From contig NC_043000.1 of assembly GCF_006345805.1 (NCBI RefSeq), forward strand, positions 47,058,001 to 47,122,000: 64,000 nucleotides of DNA, given 5' to 3'. The position numbers were made by a program, and so were the translations under genes. Positions 1 to 12,694 of the stretch are shown one piece after another. Positions within the stretch are counted from its first letter, which is position 1. Each line of letters starts with the position of its first letter. The stretch is from Octopus sinensis (lineage: Eukaryota). A model generated the notes under the pieces. The model saw only the letters and a list, made by a program, of their open reading frames with translations. It searched no databases and was not told the origin of the DNA.

Positions 1-389
1 TTTAAAGGCTAATAACTATTTAATTATGGATTTACTGGACAAATGATTTTCATTTTCACAATTAGTATACAAAACTTGATCTATACACCAAATTTGAAAA
101 CAACTGGAACAAAATTGTAAACAGTGACAAAAGCCACAAAGATGCCTGACTGAATTACGTTCCTGAAGTGCTAGTGTAGATATGGAGCAATCACAGTGGA
201 TTATTCAAATTGCATCTAGATTCAGTAATATTAAATCAGTGAATAATAGGTTTTGAGAGTGTAGCTGCTAGAATGAGAAAAAGCTGGAAAAATTTTAGAG
301 AGTTTCTACTTTTGTTGGTAACAAGGGACTTCTCCCTCAGTATGAAAGGCAGATTGCAGGGTGATTGTCTGCAAACAGCCATTCTGCAT

Positions 390-1068
390 GGCAGTAAAAC
401 ATGGGCTGTTACTGCAGAAAACATGTGAAGGCTTGAAAGAAATGAAGCTAGTATGCTTCACTGGATGAACAAAGTCAGTGTTCATGTATTAGAGCGTGCA
501 AAAGTCTTGAGAGAAAAATTTTGGTATAAGAGACATCTGAAGTAATTTGCAAGAAAGAAGACTTCATTGGTATGATCATGTGATGTGTATGGATGAAGAC
601 AACTGTGTAAAGAAGTATCAATCATTAACTGTGCAGAACCTGTGGAAGAGGTAAACCCAGGAAAACATAGGATGAAGCAGTGAAGTTTGATCTTGGGATG
701 CTGAGTCTCATGTTGGTGACAAATGACAGAGACATTTGGCAATTTGCTGTGCTGGAGTAGGCAAGTCAAACTAAGTAAAATTGTTGTTGTGGTCAGCAGT
801 GGTGACACATAAAAGGCACCCATGCCAGTAACATGTAAAAGGCACTTGTGCCACTAACACATAAACAGCACATGTGCGGGTGAATATAAAAGGCACCCAC
901 TACACTCTGTGGAACGGTTGGCATTAGGAAGGGTATCCAACCGTAGAAAAAAAGCCAAAACAGACAGGAACCTGAGACAACACCCTGGCTTACCAAGTTC
1001 CAGTCAAACCGTCCAACCCATGCCAGCATGGAAAACGGACGCAAAATATGATGATGATTATGATGATA
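390..1068 (+). mobile_element. 5'-truncated RTE-clade LINE 3' end with (GAT)n tail
   Basis: Homologous to 2560-3260 (GGCTTGAAAGAAATGAAGCTAGTATGCT; CCAACCCATGCCAGCATGGAAAACGGACG) and ends in ATGATGATGAT. Confidence 0.75.
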
Positions 1069-1369
1069 ATATATACATACATATATGTACGTACTGACAT
1101 ATATATGCATATATGCGTATAGGACGTCACAAAACGTTAACAACATGAAATACGAAAACGACATGGATTACGAAATACGATAACATGAAATACACTGGCA
1201 AACCCGAGTACATCGAGAGAAACAAATGGAAAACAAGACAAGTAACATGCTTGTTTGCTCTGCTCCCTAAAATGACTCCCTTTGTTCGAGGTTGCGCCCA
1301 TCCTCTCCTGCCCCCATGAAAGATTGTTAAATGTGGAGAATGAATGGGAGGAGAGTGTTCCAAAGGTTG

Positions 1370-3262
1370 ACCCAATTGAGGGACCAGCTACCCAAATATG
1401 AAGACAGGGAAAGCACCTGGCCCATCAGCAATCCTTGCTGGGATGCTTAAAATATCGGGTGGTGTGGGTTATGGTCCTGTCACCTGCATCATAAATCAGG
1501 TAGTTCATGAAGGAGTCATATCCAATGACTGGTGTAGCAGCACCATAGTCAGCTGCTACAAGGGTAAAGGTGATGCTTTAGATAGAAATAACTACAGGGG
1601 GGCATCAAATTATTGAATCAAGTAATGAAAGTTACTGAGAGGATCATAGCGCAACTAATTATGGAGAGAGTTAGCCTAGACGAAATGCAGTTTGGTTTTG
1701 TGCCAGGCAGAAGCACCACTGATGCTGTATTTCTGGTAAGGCAACTGCGAGAGAAATATCTAGCCAAAATTAAACCTCTGTACTTAGCTTTTGTTGACTT
1801 AGAGAAAGCCTTTGACAGGGTCCCCTAATCCCTTATCTGGTGGTCAATGCGGAAACTGGGGATTGACGAGTGGGATGTTGTCAGTAAGGTGAAGGCTGGC
1901 AACGAGTATTTCTGGTTAGAAATAGGGGTTTACCAAGGATCAGTCCTCAAACCCCTCTTATTCATCATAATCCTCCAGGCAATAACAGAGGGATTTAAGA
2001 CATGTTTCTCCTGGGAGCCCCTCTCTACTGATTACCTTGCACTAAAAGCCGAGTCACTGCCAGAACTAGAAACAACGTTTAGGGTGTGGTAGCAAGGGCT
2101 AGAATCAAAGGGCCTTAGGGTTAACCTAGCAAAAACCAAAGTCTTAGTAAGTAGGAAGGCTGATAAATCCCAAACTCCTACAGGTAAATGGCCCTGCTCG
2201 ATCTGTTGAAAAAGTATGAGTAGAAACTCCATATGATGTACTCAGTGTAAGCTATGGACTCATAAAAGGTGCAGCATTATTAAAGGAAGGTTAACCGGGA
2301 AGATAGTTTTTGTGTGTGGCAGATGCACAGGGGCAATAAACACTGAAGATTCCATCATATGCCAAGGGGAATAACCAGAAGTAGTTGATAGCTTCCGCTA
2401 CCGAGGCGACTGAATCTTTAGTGAGGATGGTTGTTAGCAGCAAGAATAAGAATAGCCTGGGCAAAGTTCAGGGAGCTCCTACCTCTGCTCGTAACAAAGG
2501 GCTTCTCGCTCAGGATGAAAGGTATGATGCATGTGTGTGAAATACCAAGCTACATGGCAGTGAAACTTGGGCCATGACTGCTGAGTACATGCGTAGGCTT
2601 GAAAGAAATGAAGCTAGTATGCTCCACTGGATATGTAATGTCAGTGTTCATACACGACAAAGTGTTATGTATGGATGAAAACAGCTGTGTGAGAAAGTGT
2701 CATACCCTAACTGTGGAAGGAACCTGTGGAAGAGGTAGATCAGGAAGACATAAGACAAGGTGGTGAAGCATGACCTTCAAATGTTGGGCCTCACAAAGGC
2801 AATGACAGGAGACGGAGAGCTTTGGAGATATGCTGTGATTGAGAAAACCGGACAAATAAAGTGAGATCAAAACCATGGCCGATGCCAGTGTTGCATGTCT
2901 GGCCCATTTAAAAGTACACTTGATGCGTCGGGCAATATGATATGGTTGAGAAGATCTCTTGAGTTAAGTAAAACGAAAATCGTAGCTGTGGCCAGTGGCC
3001 CCTGATTGGCCCCCATTCCAGTGGCACGTAAAATGCATCATCCGAACATGGTCAATGCCAGTGCCCTCTGACTGGTTCCCATGCAGTGGGCATGTACAAA
3101 GCACCTACTGCACTCTAGGAGTGGTTGGCATTAGGAAGGGCATCCAGCTGTAGAAACATTGCCAGATCAGTTTGGAGCCTGGTGCAGCTGCTGGCTTTCC
3201 AGACATCAGTAAAACCGTCCAACCCATGCCAGTATGGAAAACGGACGTTAAACGATGGTGAT
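1370..3262 (+). mobile_element. Degenerate RTE-clade LINE (RT domain, C-terminus, 3'UTR)
   Basis: Fragmented RT motifs GKAPGP, YKGKGDALDRNNYRG, QFGFVPGRSTTDAVF, LAFVDLEKAFDRVP, GVYQGSVLKPLLF; stops and frameshifts. Confidence 0.92.
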
Positions 3263-3264
3263 GA

Positions 3265-3281
3265 TATATATATGTATATAT

Positions 3282-3372
<91 letters not shown>

Positions 3373-3411
3373 TTTATATTTGGATATACTAACTTATACA
3401 CACACACACAC

Positions 3412-3453
<42 letters not shown>

Positions 3454-3480
3454 GGTATAAATAATATATAAATATATGCA
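3265..3480. repeat. (TA)n microsatellite
   Basis: Direct. Confidence 0.95.
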
Positions 3481-3534
3481 TATATACATACATATATGTA
3501 CATACCTACATATATATGTATATATACATGCATA

Positions 3535-3845
3535 TATGGGTACAGGACATTAAAAAAACGTTGAACACAATGAGAAACGAAAACATAAAAACAAAAACAT
3601 AGAACTTTCTCGAACAACGAAAAAACAGAGAAACGAGACATGCAACATAAAGAATATCCCCCTTCATCAGTTGTTCCTGTTTCATCTACTCCACGTTCCG
3701 AAAGTAAGGAAAATACGCGATGCTTTGAAACAATCCTTCTCGCAAAGCAAATTAAATAAAATTTGGGATTTTTTGCGGAGGGTGAAAGTGGTAACAAGAA
3801 CAGGACAGTGAGAACAAGACAGTATAAACAAACGGTGAGGGCTGT
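3535..3845 (-). mobile_element. Dispersed repeat, probable Penelope-like terminal repeat; partial second copy at ~4325-4440
   Basis: GGGTACAGGACAT...TTGAACACAATGAGAAACGAAAAC occurs twice; the minus strand has GAAA and CTGATGA hammerhead words. Confidence 0.45.
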
Positions 3846-4277
3846 TGAGCCAAGAGGATGAAAAAATTATTATGAACGCTAGGAGGATGAGCTATGAGAG
3901 GAGACAGGTATAAGCACGTGTTGTCTTTAGAAAAGAAATGGGCAGAAAGATAGATTCCTTTTCGTCACGTATCAGCGACGAGAGAGTCAAGGATGAAGAG
4001 TGAGAGAGAGGGAACGGTGACGAAGAGAGGAGAAGAAAAGGGAAGGGTGGGAGAGAAAACCAGAAAAGATGAAGAACAAGAGAGGGAGAGAGATAGACAG
4101 AGAAGAGATAGTAGAGATAGAAGAGTACACACCGTAATTATTAAGATAAACTTACTTGGAAAAGGATGCGTGGCGTTCGATCATATGATAATATAAATAA
4201 TATATAAATATATGCATATATACATACATATATGTATATACCTATATATATATATATATATATAAATAAATATATGC

Positions 4278-4322
<45 letters not shown>

Positions 4323-4460
4323 CATGCATATATGGGTACAGGACATCAAAAAAAAAAAAAACCTTGAACACAATGAGAAACGAAAACAGAAAACGAACTT
4401 ATTTTCGAACAATGAAAAAAACACAGAAACGAACATATATAAATATGATATATTTTTATG

Positions 4461-4501
<41 letters not shown>

Positions 4502-5312
4502 CATCACAATCAAGGAACGGCCATAATAGGCCATTCACCCACTAGAAATAACAGCCAAAGCTTCAACCGCAAAATAACATTAATTCTGTAAACCAGGAGA
4601 AAATTAAAAAACATTTACCCTGTAATTTCTTATACGATGCACCGTTTCATCTACTGTTTAATGGTAAACTAACCTGATTAAATTAAATCAAGCCAATCTT
4701 CCATAGGCCCTTAGAATCGTCAGTAAGAAATAGCCAGATCGGAACAGATATTTTCACGAGGCATTTCTGTCCTGCCTCGGCAATATCTGACCTAAAATTT
4801 TCAAATCATCGCACTCGCGCCAAATTTATCGGCAGCAAATAAATATAAGCCGCCGATTCCATTACGGAATTAACCAGAAAATTCATAATTAATCAATATA
4901 GGGTGGCAAAAAATTTTGTAGAATTTTTTTGCCACCAGCGGCCTAGTGGGAAAAAATTAAATAGTCATAGACCATTTTTAAGTTCAACATCACAATCAAG
5001 GAACGGCCATAAAAGGCCATTCACCCACTAGAAATAACAGCCAAAGCTTCAACCGCAAAATAACATTAATTCCGTAAACCAGGGGAAAATTAAAAAACAT
5101 TTACCCTGTAATTTCTTATACGAGCACCGTTTCATCTACTGTTTAATGGTAAACTAACCTGATAAATTAAATCAAGCCAATCTTCCATAGGCCCTTAGAA
5201 TCATCAGTAAGAAATAGCCAGATCGGAACAGATATTTTCACGAGGCATTTCTGTCCCTGCCTCGGCAATATCTGACCTAAAATTTTCAAATCATCGCACT
5301 CGCCGCCAAATT
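4502..5312. repeat. Tandem duplication, 486-bp unit plus partial second copy
   Basis: CATCACAATCAAGGAACGGCC starts at 4502 and 4988; copies differ mostly by single-base indels. Confidence 0.9.
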
Positions 5313-5425
5313 ATTATAATATATATATATATATATATAAGTATATATATATAGAATATTATATATATATAATGTATGTAGGGGTGTGTGTGTGGTGTTG
5401 TGTATGTCGTGGTGTGTGTGGTGTG

Positions 5426-5622
5426 TATCTGTAAAATAATATGTGACAATTATTCATTAGTCAAGATAAAAACTCTGAGTTTCGGATGCCGAGGTGGAAA
5501 TTCACAACACCATCTCTTCGGTTATCTGGCCAAGAGATGGGTGTTGTGGATTTCCACTCGGCATCCGAAACTCAGAGTTTTATCTTGGCTATTGAATAAT
5601 TGTCACATATTATTTACAGATA
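5426..5622. mobile_element. Fold-back (palindromic) MITE-like element, ~92-bp arms and 13-nt loop
   Basis: TATCTGTAAAATAATATGTGACAATTATTC...CCATCTCTT / AAGAGATGG...GAATAATTGTCACATATTATTTACAGATA. Confidence 0.8.
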
Positions 5623-5868
5623 AATTTTCTATTTACATAATATTGAGGTCTCTTTTTTCTTTTGTTATCTTATTACCGGTTTTACCAATATATATATATA
5701 TATATAAAATATATATATATAAACACCCATGCAGATATGGACTCTCTTTCAACGTAAAAAACAAATAAATATGGTAAGTTATATCTATCTATCTATCTAT
5801 CTATCTACTAATCTATATATCTATCTATCTATCCATCTATCTATCATCTATCTAAATATATAGTCGTA

Positions 5869-5932
<64 letters not shown>

Positions 5933-6352
5933 AAACTATCTATCAGTGAATATATTTAAATGAATATTTGTGTGCCTGCATGTGTGTGGGTGTGCTTGTG
6001 TGTGTGTGTTTGTGTGTGCGAGTGTGAGTATGTGTGTGTGTGTGACTATGTGTCTATGTGTACATGCATCATATCAACAATATCAATTGCTTGTTTCAAA
6101 AAGCTAGTAGATTGATATATTAATTTTTTCTGAAAACACTAATTAAATGATATCAATCTTTTGAAATATTTCATTGCAATTTAATGACATTTACATCCAC
6201 AGTTATCATATATGGACTTTATAGTTGGATTAAAATGGTACACGGTTTATTACCACAGAACAGAATATCATAGCAGATATATTATTCTATATCTTAATGA
6301 AACACAGATACACCCACACACCAACACAAGCTTACAGATAAACGAATTTAAA

Positions 6353-6407
<55 letters not shown>

Positions 6408-6427
6408 CCGCCTAAACTAACTTTCGA

Positions 6428-6484
<57 letters not shown>

Positions 6485-7208
6485 AGATATGTATATACAT
6501 ATACATGCATGTTTGTATGTATTTGAGTTTATACATGTACGAGTATACATGCCAACTCCCATGTCTCCGATACTGAAATCCATGTTTCACATCTCTATAC
6601 CACTCTCTATTCTTCTCAATCTGATTGTACTTCCATGCCCTCTCTCTACATTTTCACACCAACTTTAACATTTGTCTTGATGTTTATATTTATAGAGTCA
6701 CATCAGATATGCTGATGTTCCACCCACTCTATTTATAGTTACCACTGACAGTTTAATTCTGACGTGCATCCTTTATCATTGCCATTTATGCATCTCTTGC
6801 TATACCTCATATTCGTACTCCTATATTCTCCGGTGCTGGTGTCATGATAAACCGAACCCAGCTCATTCTAATCAAAGACATAACAACCTTTGCAATTTGG
6901 TGGCATAAAAAAAGGCACTCAGTACAGTTTGGTGTTAAGAACAGCATACAGACCTAGAAACCAAGCTAAAAGCGAAGCGTATAGTTGAGATTCTGTCCTC
7001 TGATCTATTTAAGTGTGCAGCAACAATCTGTCCCATGAGAGCGGTATAGATGTATAAGTATGCAGTCAAATATATAGATACAGATTCATATATATATATA
7101 AAATAATGAGGGAGATAAATTAATATTAATTTTAATTTCAATTTAAAACCAGTAGTCTAGCATACAAAAATCGGAAAAATCAGAAAAAAATTCTAATACA
7201 TGTGTATA

Positions 7209-7571
7209 TTGACAGGGCAAGACTGCTAGGTAGTCGGCCACATGCTAGAAATAGATCATTAACGATCAAACTACAAAGAATGTTCTCTAGAGGAAAATTT
7301 AGGGGTTAGATTTTACAGATTACATTTATTCTGAACGATCGTACTGACGAGGCCACGGACATTTGAATTATGTAAGTAATTCTTTTGTTAAAGGCTGAAA
7401 CCGAGATATGCGATTAATTCTGTTTTTTAATATAAATTTTCATCTGTCCTGCCCGCCAAATTTGGTTCTGGTGTTCGCTAAATTTTCCTCTAGAGAACAT
7501 TCTTTGTAGTTTGATCGTTGATGATCTATTTCTAGCATGCGGCCGACTACCTAGCAGTCCTGCCCTGTCAA
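7209..7571. mobile_element. MITE with ~94-bp TIRs and TA target-site duplication (Tc1/mariner-type)
   Basis: TIRs 7209-7302 and 7478-7571; TA at 7207-7208 and 7572-7573. Confidence 0.88.
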
Positions 7572-7579
7572 TACACACA

Positions 7580-7674
<95 letters not shown>

Positions 7675-7975
7675 ATATGTAGACGTTGTGAACACAGATT
7701 TATGTCTATATATTATGAGAATATGCTTGCGTATATTTTTTATCGCTTTTCTTTTTTCTTTTTTCTTTTTCTTCCTATTAGAGTAACTTCCATTTTATTC
7801 AACAGTTTTTCATAGCATCTGTTGCCATTAATATCTAGCGCGAATGCATCGTGGCTCTTTACTCTGACATTCAAAACTCCGAGTACTATAAAGAAAGCAT
7901 TTAATTGTTTGTTCTAAATTATAACACACCACACACACATACATACATACATACATACATACATACATACCTACA

Positions 7976-8011
<36 letters not shown>

Positions 8012-8076
8012 TAAATTTATAAATGAGGGTGAAAAATTGATATTAATTTAATAATACCATTAATTTAACATCGAGT

Positions 8077-8123
<47 letters not shown>

Positions 8124-10689
8124 TATATATAATTTATATATATATATGTATATACATATATTTGTATAGAGAGAGAGGGAGAAAGAGAGAGAAAGACATA
8201 TATAGATTATATTCATACATATATTTGTATAATATTTATATATATATATGTTAAAGTATCCTTTCTTTATTTTCATAATGAGATAGCTTAAGTTTAAATA
8301 TTTACTTTTAATAACTAATTTTATTTTATAGGTCTTCCCATTAGTCACAGGGTGAGTTATATATCGCTTTCATGGTGCCAAATATGATGATGATGGTGAT
8401 GATGATGATGATCATCATCATCATCTTCATCATTGTCATTATCAGCAGCGTCTTCGTCATCGTTTTCATCCTCTATTTCCTCTTTAGATTCTAGGGAAGT
8501 TTTCATCAAATTATATTCTGTTTGCTCCAATTATATTAATATATATTTACTTTAAATAATAGTTGTAAAAACCTACAAACACTGCCTAATAGTGCTTCTG
8601 GTGTTTTTATGTGCACAGCTATAAATATAGTTTTAAGTCACTTAATGGCTCTTTGCCCCAAACAGTTTTGATCAAGAGCCAAATCGTCCCACTCATGACC
8701 GCGCAATTCCTTTCTTATTAACCATTATACATATACAAGGTCAATAACACGAAAACAAATTTAGCCAACCACTACTACCACCACCACCTCCACCATCACC
8801 ACCACCACCACCAACAACAACAACAATAAAAATAACAATAGTAGCATTGGCAATAACCGCTACAATAACATTAACAACAACAACAGCTATAATAATGAAT
8901 GCAATAAACTGTTGCATTTAACCATGAAGTGTACTTTTATTTTATCTCTTTTATAATAACATTTGTATGATTTTTTAATCCACTGGATATCATGTTTTTC
9001 TATGTTTTCCTCTGAGATATCGTTGTGTATGCCTTATCTTTCTGAGTAGAATTGTTGCATACAAATTTTATTAGAAATAAAATAAAAATGAATAAATTTT
9101 TCTGATACTGATACAACTGATTCAAATATTTGTGTTGAGTGAATTCAGTCTTTAAAGTCTTTATAAATCTTTGCCAGCGATAATCATGTTTATTATATTT
9201 TGTTTTAGGTTTTTGTTAAAGCAAGAAGTATGAAAGAGTTGTAATTAGCTAAGAGACAACTGATTGCAAAGTAACCAATTAAAGGATGAGAATTTACTGG
9301 TGCTGTGTTTATCTATCACTAATTATACACTTAACTCTTACCTGCGTGGTCTACCTTACTGTAAATAGACCACAGGAATATTTCTATTTCATCAATTTGT
9401 GGTACTAGTCTCACTCTTTCATATACTCATTTTGGCAATAGTTCACTGCATGGTAACTATGCCCCAATTTATCTTTCCAAATCCCAAACATTTCCACATT
9501 GATAAGAACACTGGGATTGTGATCTTTCTTGGATACATACAAGATCATGATTAGTTTCTGAAAAGGAAAGGAAAACGGTAATTATCGATAAGTATTTCAT
9601 TAAATGTAAACATTGTTGATATTGTTGTTGTTCATCCTCAGAACAGCCTAAACAAAACAGGGCTGAGATGTAAAGCATTCCAGCCATGACTGTCTCCTGG
9701 TAATTATCAGAGATTAAATTACATATTGTCCTTCCTTTTTCAAGGCAGTAGGTCACATTTGACCATAAGTCATTTCCATCAGCTCAGACAAGCTAAACAA
9801 CACTAAAGACAATAACAGTATTGTGGCTATGATGCAGGACTACTGACCATATGGCATTAGGTTTAATTCTAACTTCAATATGTAACAATAGCGTCATGTG
9901 CAAAGGATATAAATCAGTTTGCCTGACTGACAAACTAGTTCAATAGTTACTTCACAGTTGAGTTATTGGCGGCTAAATTAAAGAACCTAACCAGATTACA
10001 ACACTATATTTGATTCAGTAAAGAAAATCTGGAAGTATGGAAATATCAGATTAAAACTGTAATGTAATTACCCATAAACTGTAAGAAGTGAATAAAGACA
10101 CTAGTAATTTTGCCTCTAGCACTTTCTCCACTATTCTATGAAGAAGCATCATTCCATTTTTAACCATAAACATTTCTTAGCACGAAGAAAAAGATAACTG
10201 TCAAGAATTATGGATGTAATGATTAATGGGCAGACATTTCAGTAAGATAAACTGAGAACAATTTGAGCAATTAAACAATGTTAGAGCTGGGTTTCACTGC
10301 ATATATTTTTAGGATTTATTTTGATCTATGAAAATTAATCCTAAGCCAATTACTTATAGAATATGTTTTCAAATATTTTGAAAATTCAATTCCGATTTTC
10401 ATTGTTCAGTCATCATGCAAGTTAGTTAAAATTTATTTCAAAGTTATGTCATGCGTTATTTCATATTCTGGTTAGGTGGTTGGCACTTTAACTGAAGAGA
10501 AACATAATTCAGAAATTTCCACTGCTCACTCTAGCATGCTTATTCATATAGATTGACTTCTATAATTACAGTAGTAATTTTGTTTCTCATTATTTTATAA
10601 ATATCTCCTGAAGAAGTTTCTTTTCAGTATTAGCTATAAAATGCCTGGCTCTCAAATGGTTATGGCAAATAGGGTTCCAGTTGATCTAT

Positions 10690-10935
10690 CAATAAAACAA
10701 CTTGCTCATGAAGTTAACGTGTAAGTGACTGAGAACTCCATAGATGCGCATATCCTTAACGTAGTTCTTAGAGAGATTCAGCACGACACAGTGTTACAAG
10801 GCTGGCTATTTCAATTACGCGTGTAACTCGTTTTTGTCTGCCGAGTGAACTGGGACAACGAGAAAGAGCCGCCAGGAATCGAATTTATGATAGTAAGCTA
10901 AAATGCCTTGGCGACTAAGCTACGTGGCTGCTCAT
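10690..10935 (-). mobile_element. Degenerate SINE sharing a central domain with the 32102 SINE
   Basis: Reverse complement GCCAGCCTTG...GCTGAATCTC...GAACTACGTTAAGG aligns with 32320-32410. Confidence 0.6.
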
Positions 10936-11090
10936 AAAATATGGCTAGTAGAAAAGGCTGCCAGCTGAAAGTTATGAATATTATTTTTCTCCAGGGGGAC
11001 ATTTGGTCTGAGATGAAAAGAACCGTTTTACAATTATCTAATGTCAGCACTAGAAATCATTATCATCATCATTACTATCGCATGCACACA

Positions 11091-11153
<63 letters not shown>

Positions 11154-11344
11154 TCTCTAGAGTATTTTTGCGTCATGTAGATCTTTCTTAAGTCAATTAC
11201 TTTTAGAATAAAGAAAACACAAAGTAGTAATGAAAGGAAACGTCAGCTTCAAATAAATTAAAGAAATCTGCTGTAAGTACAGATTATTTCCTTTCTCCTA
11301 CTTTTAAATACCAACCTACAAATGCCTACCTAACTATCTTACAG

Positions 11345-11590
11345 ATGGACTCTCGAGTCGAAGTCGGCGCATCAGTGTTCAGCTTTTGCCGAACGGCCGG
11401 CACAAATGATTTGTTTATAATGATCAAATGTTCGCGTCGCACATTAACTCACTCTCTTAATCAAATCAACGTTGTCTGAACAGTGCACGGTGTAACATGC
11501 ATCAGGTGTCGAAATGATTGCAGAGCAACGTGAGATGAAGTGTTTTGCTCAAGAACACAACGCACCACCCGGTCTAGGAATTGAAAGCAC
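11345..11590 (-). mobile_element. Degenerate tRNA-derived SINE
   Basis: Minus strand TTCAATTCCTAGACCGGG (B-box-like) followed by TTGAGCAAAACACTT domain. Confidence 0.55.
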
Positions 11591-11623
11591 TTTATATATA
11601 CACACATGTGTGTGTGTGTGTGT

Positions 11624-11691
<68 letters not shown>

Positions 11692-11755
11692 CTACATGTG
11701 GATCGTTGGCGAATTTTCCTGTCTTCCTTTTCTCTTGGATTTTCCTCCGTCTCTT

Positions 11756-11790
11756 GTTTCTGACGAAGAGCTTTGCTCGAAATGTAAAAC
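11756..11790 (+). ncRNA. Minimal type I hammerhead ribozyme (Penelope-type short variant), C15.2>T
   Basis: GTTT-CTGACGA-A-GAGC-TTT-GCTC-GAAA-T-GTA-AAAC: stem I GTTT/AAAC, stem II GAGC/GCTC. Confidence 0.75.
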
Positions 11791-11911
11791 TACTTTTCTT
11801 TCCTTCCCTGAGCGTCTGCTAATACTTTGCACGTACCACATCCTGTCATTTTTTTTTTTCTTGTGTTTTCTTCGTTTTCTTTTTTATCAATTATATGTAT
11901 ATATAGATATA

Positions 11912-12033
11912 TTCTTCTTCTTCTTCTTCTTCTTCTTCTTCTTCTTCTTCTTCTTCTTCTTCTTTTTCTTCTTCTTCTTCTTCTTCTTTCTTCTTCTTCT
12001 TCTTCTTCTTCTTCTTCTTCTTTCTTCTTCTTC
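11912..12033. repeat. (CTT)n tract, the tail of the adjacent LINE fragment
   Basis: Direct; abuts the LINE 3' end on the minus strand. Confidence 0.9.
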
Positions 12034-12244
12034 GGTCCGTTGGTGTCTTTGAGCCGCACATTGGGCAGTCAGCAATTGCCAATTATTTCCGTCTCAGGCC
12101 AACTGGTATGCTTCTTCCCGGGTGATGCTCAGTCTGCGTAGGTCTTCTTTGAAGGTTCTACGCCGAACGGTGAATGAGAATGGCCGAACACATACTAAAA
12201 CTGCCAGAGGAGAGGCTTGTCAAAGCAGCCATGGGTTGGATGGT
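12034..12244 (-). mobile_element. Short RTE-like LINE 3' fragment with inverted 5' segment
   Basis: Minus 12034-12165 reads RRTFKEDLRRLSITREEAYQLA..WQLLTAQC; plus 12177-12244 reads RMAEHILKLPEERLVKAAMGW, the segment that normally precedes it. Confidence 0.7.
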
Positions 12245-12694
12245 ATACTTACATATATACACACACAGGATGCATAAAACATGGTGCTGTCAAAAGACTG
12301 TATAAAAGCCACTTTTACAGCGTTTTCTTTTACATTTGTACCGACTCAGCCAGCACAAATCAGTAACTAGTTTATTTCTTCGATTGGAAACGCCATTTAC
12401 TAATCAACTTGGCGTTATTCAGGCCAGATTACAAAATACGTCTTGTACCACGAGCTGTTTCGCTTTTACGACCATAGTTGACATTGATAACAATACAAAT
12501 AACTTTACCAACACAAGCGGTTGTATGACACCAGTAAGTTATTTAAGACGACGAACATACTCTTCTTCATTTAGTTTTTACATTTAAATCAAGGTTTAAT
12601 TCGATACTAAGAAAAATTTCGAGATGATTTTTTCTATCGGCTATGTAAAGCAGCTAAAATAATACTGGTACGAAATTCGTCCAAATTTAAACTA

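Noticed and set aside
7335-7470. CTGACGA...GAAA with an extended stem II inside the MITE
   Set aside because: Stem II is plausible (GGCC/GGCT plus inner hairpin), but no stem I or III pairing with a valid NUH site in any order I tried.
12400-12500. Minus-strand GCGAAACAGCTCGT resembling a hammerhead 3' half
   Set aside because: No CUGANGA box or stem I.
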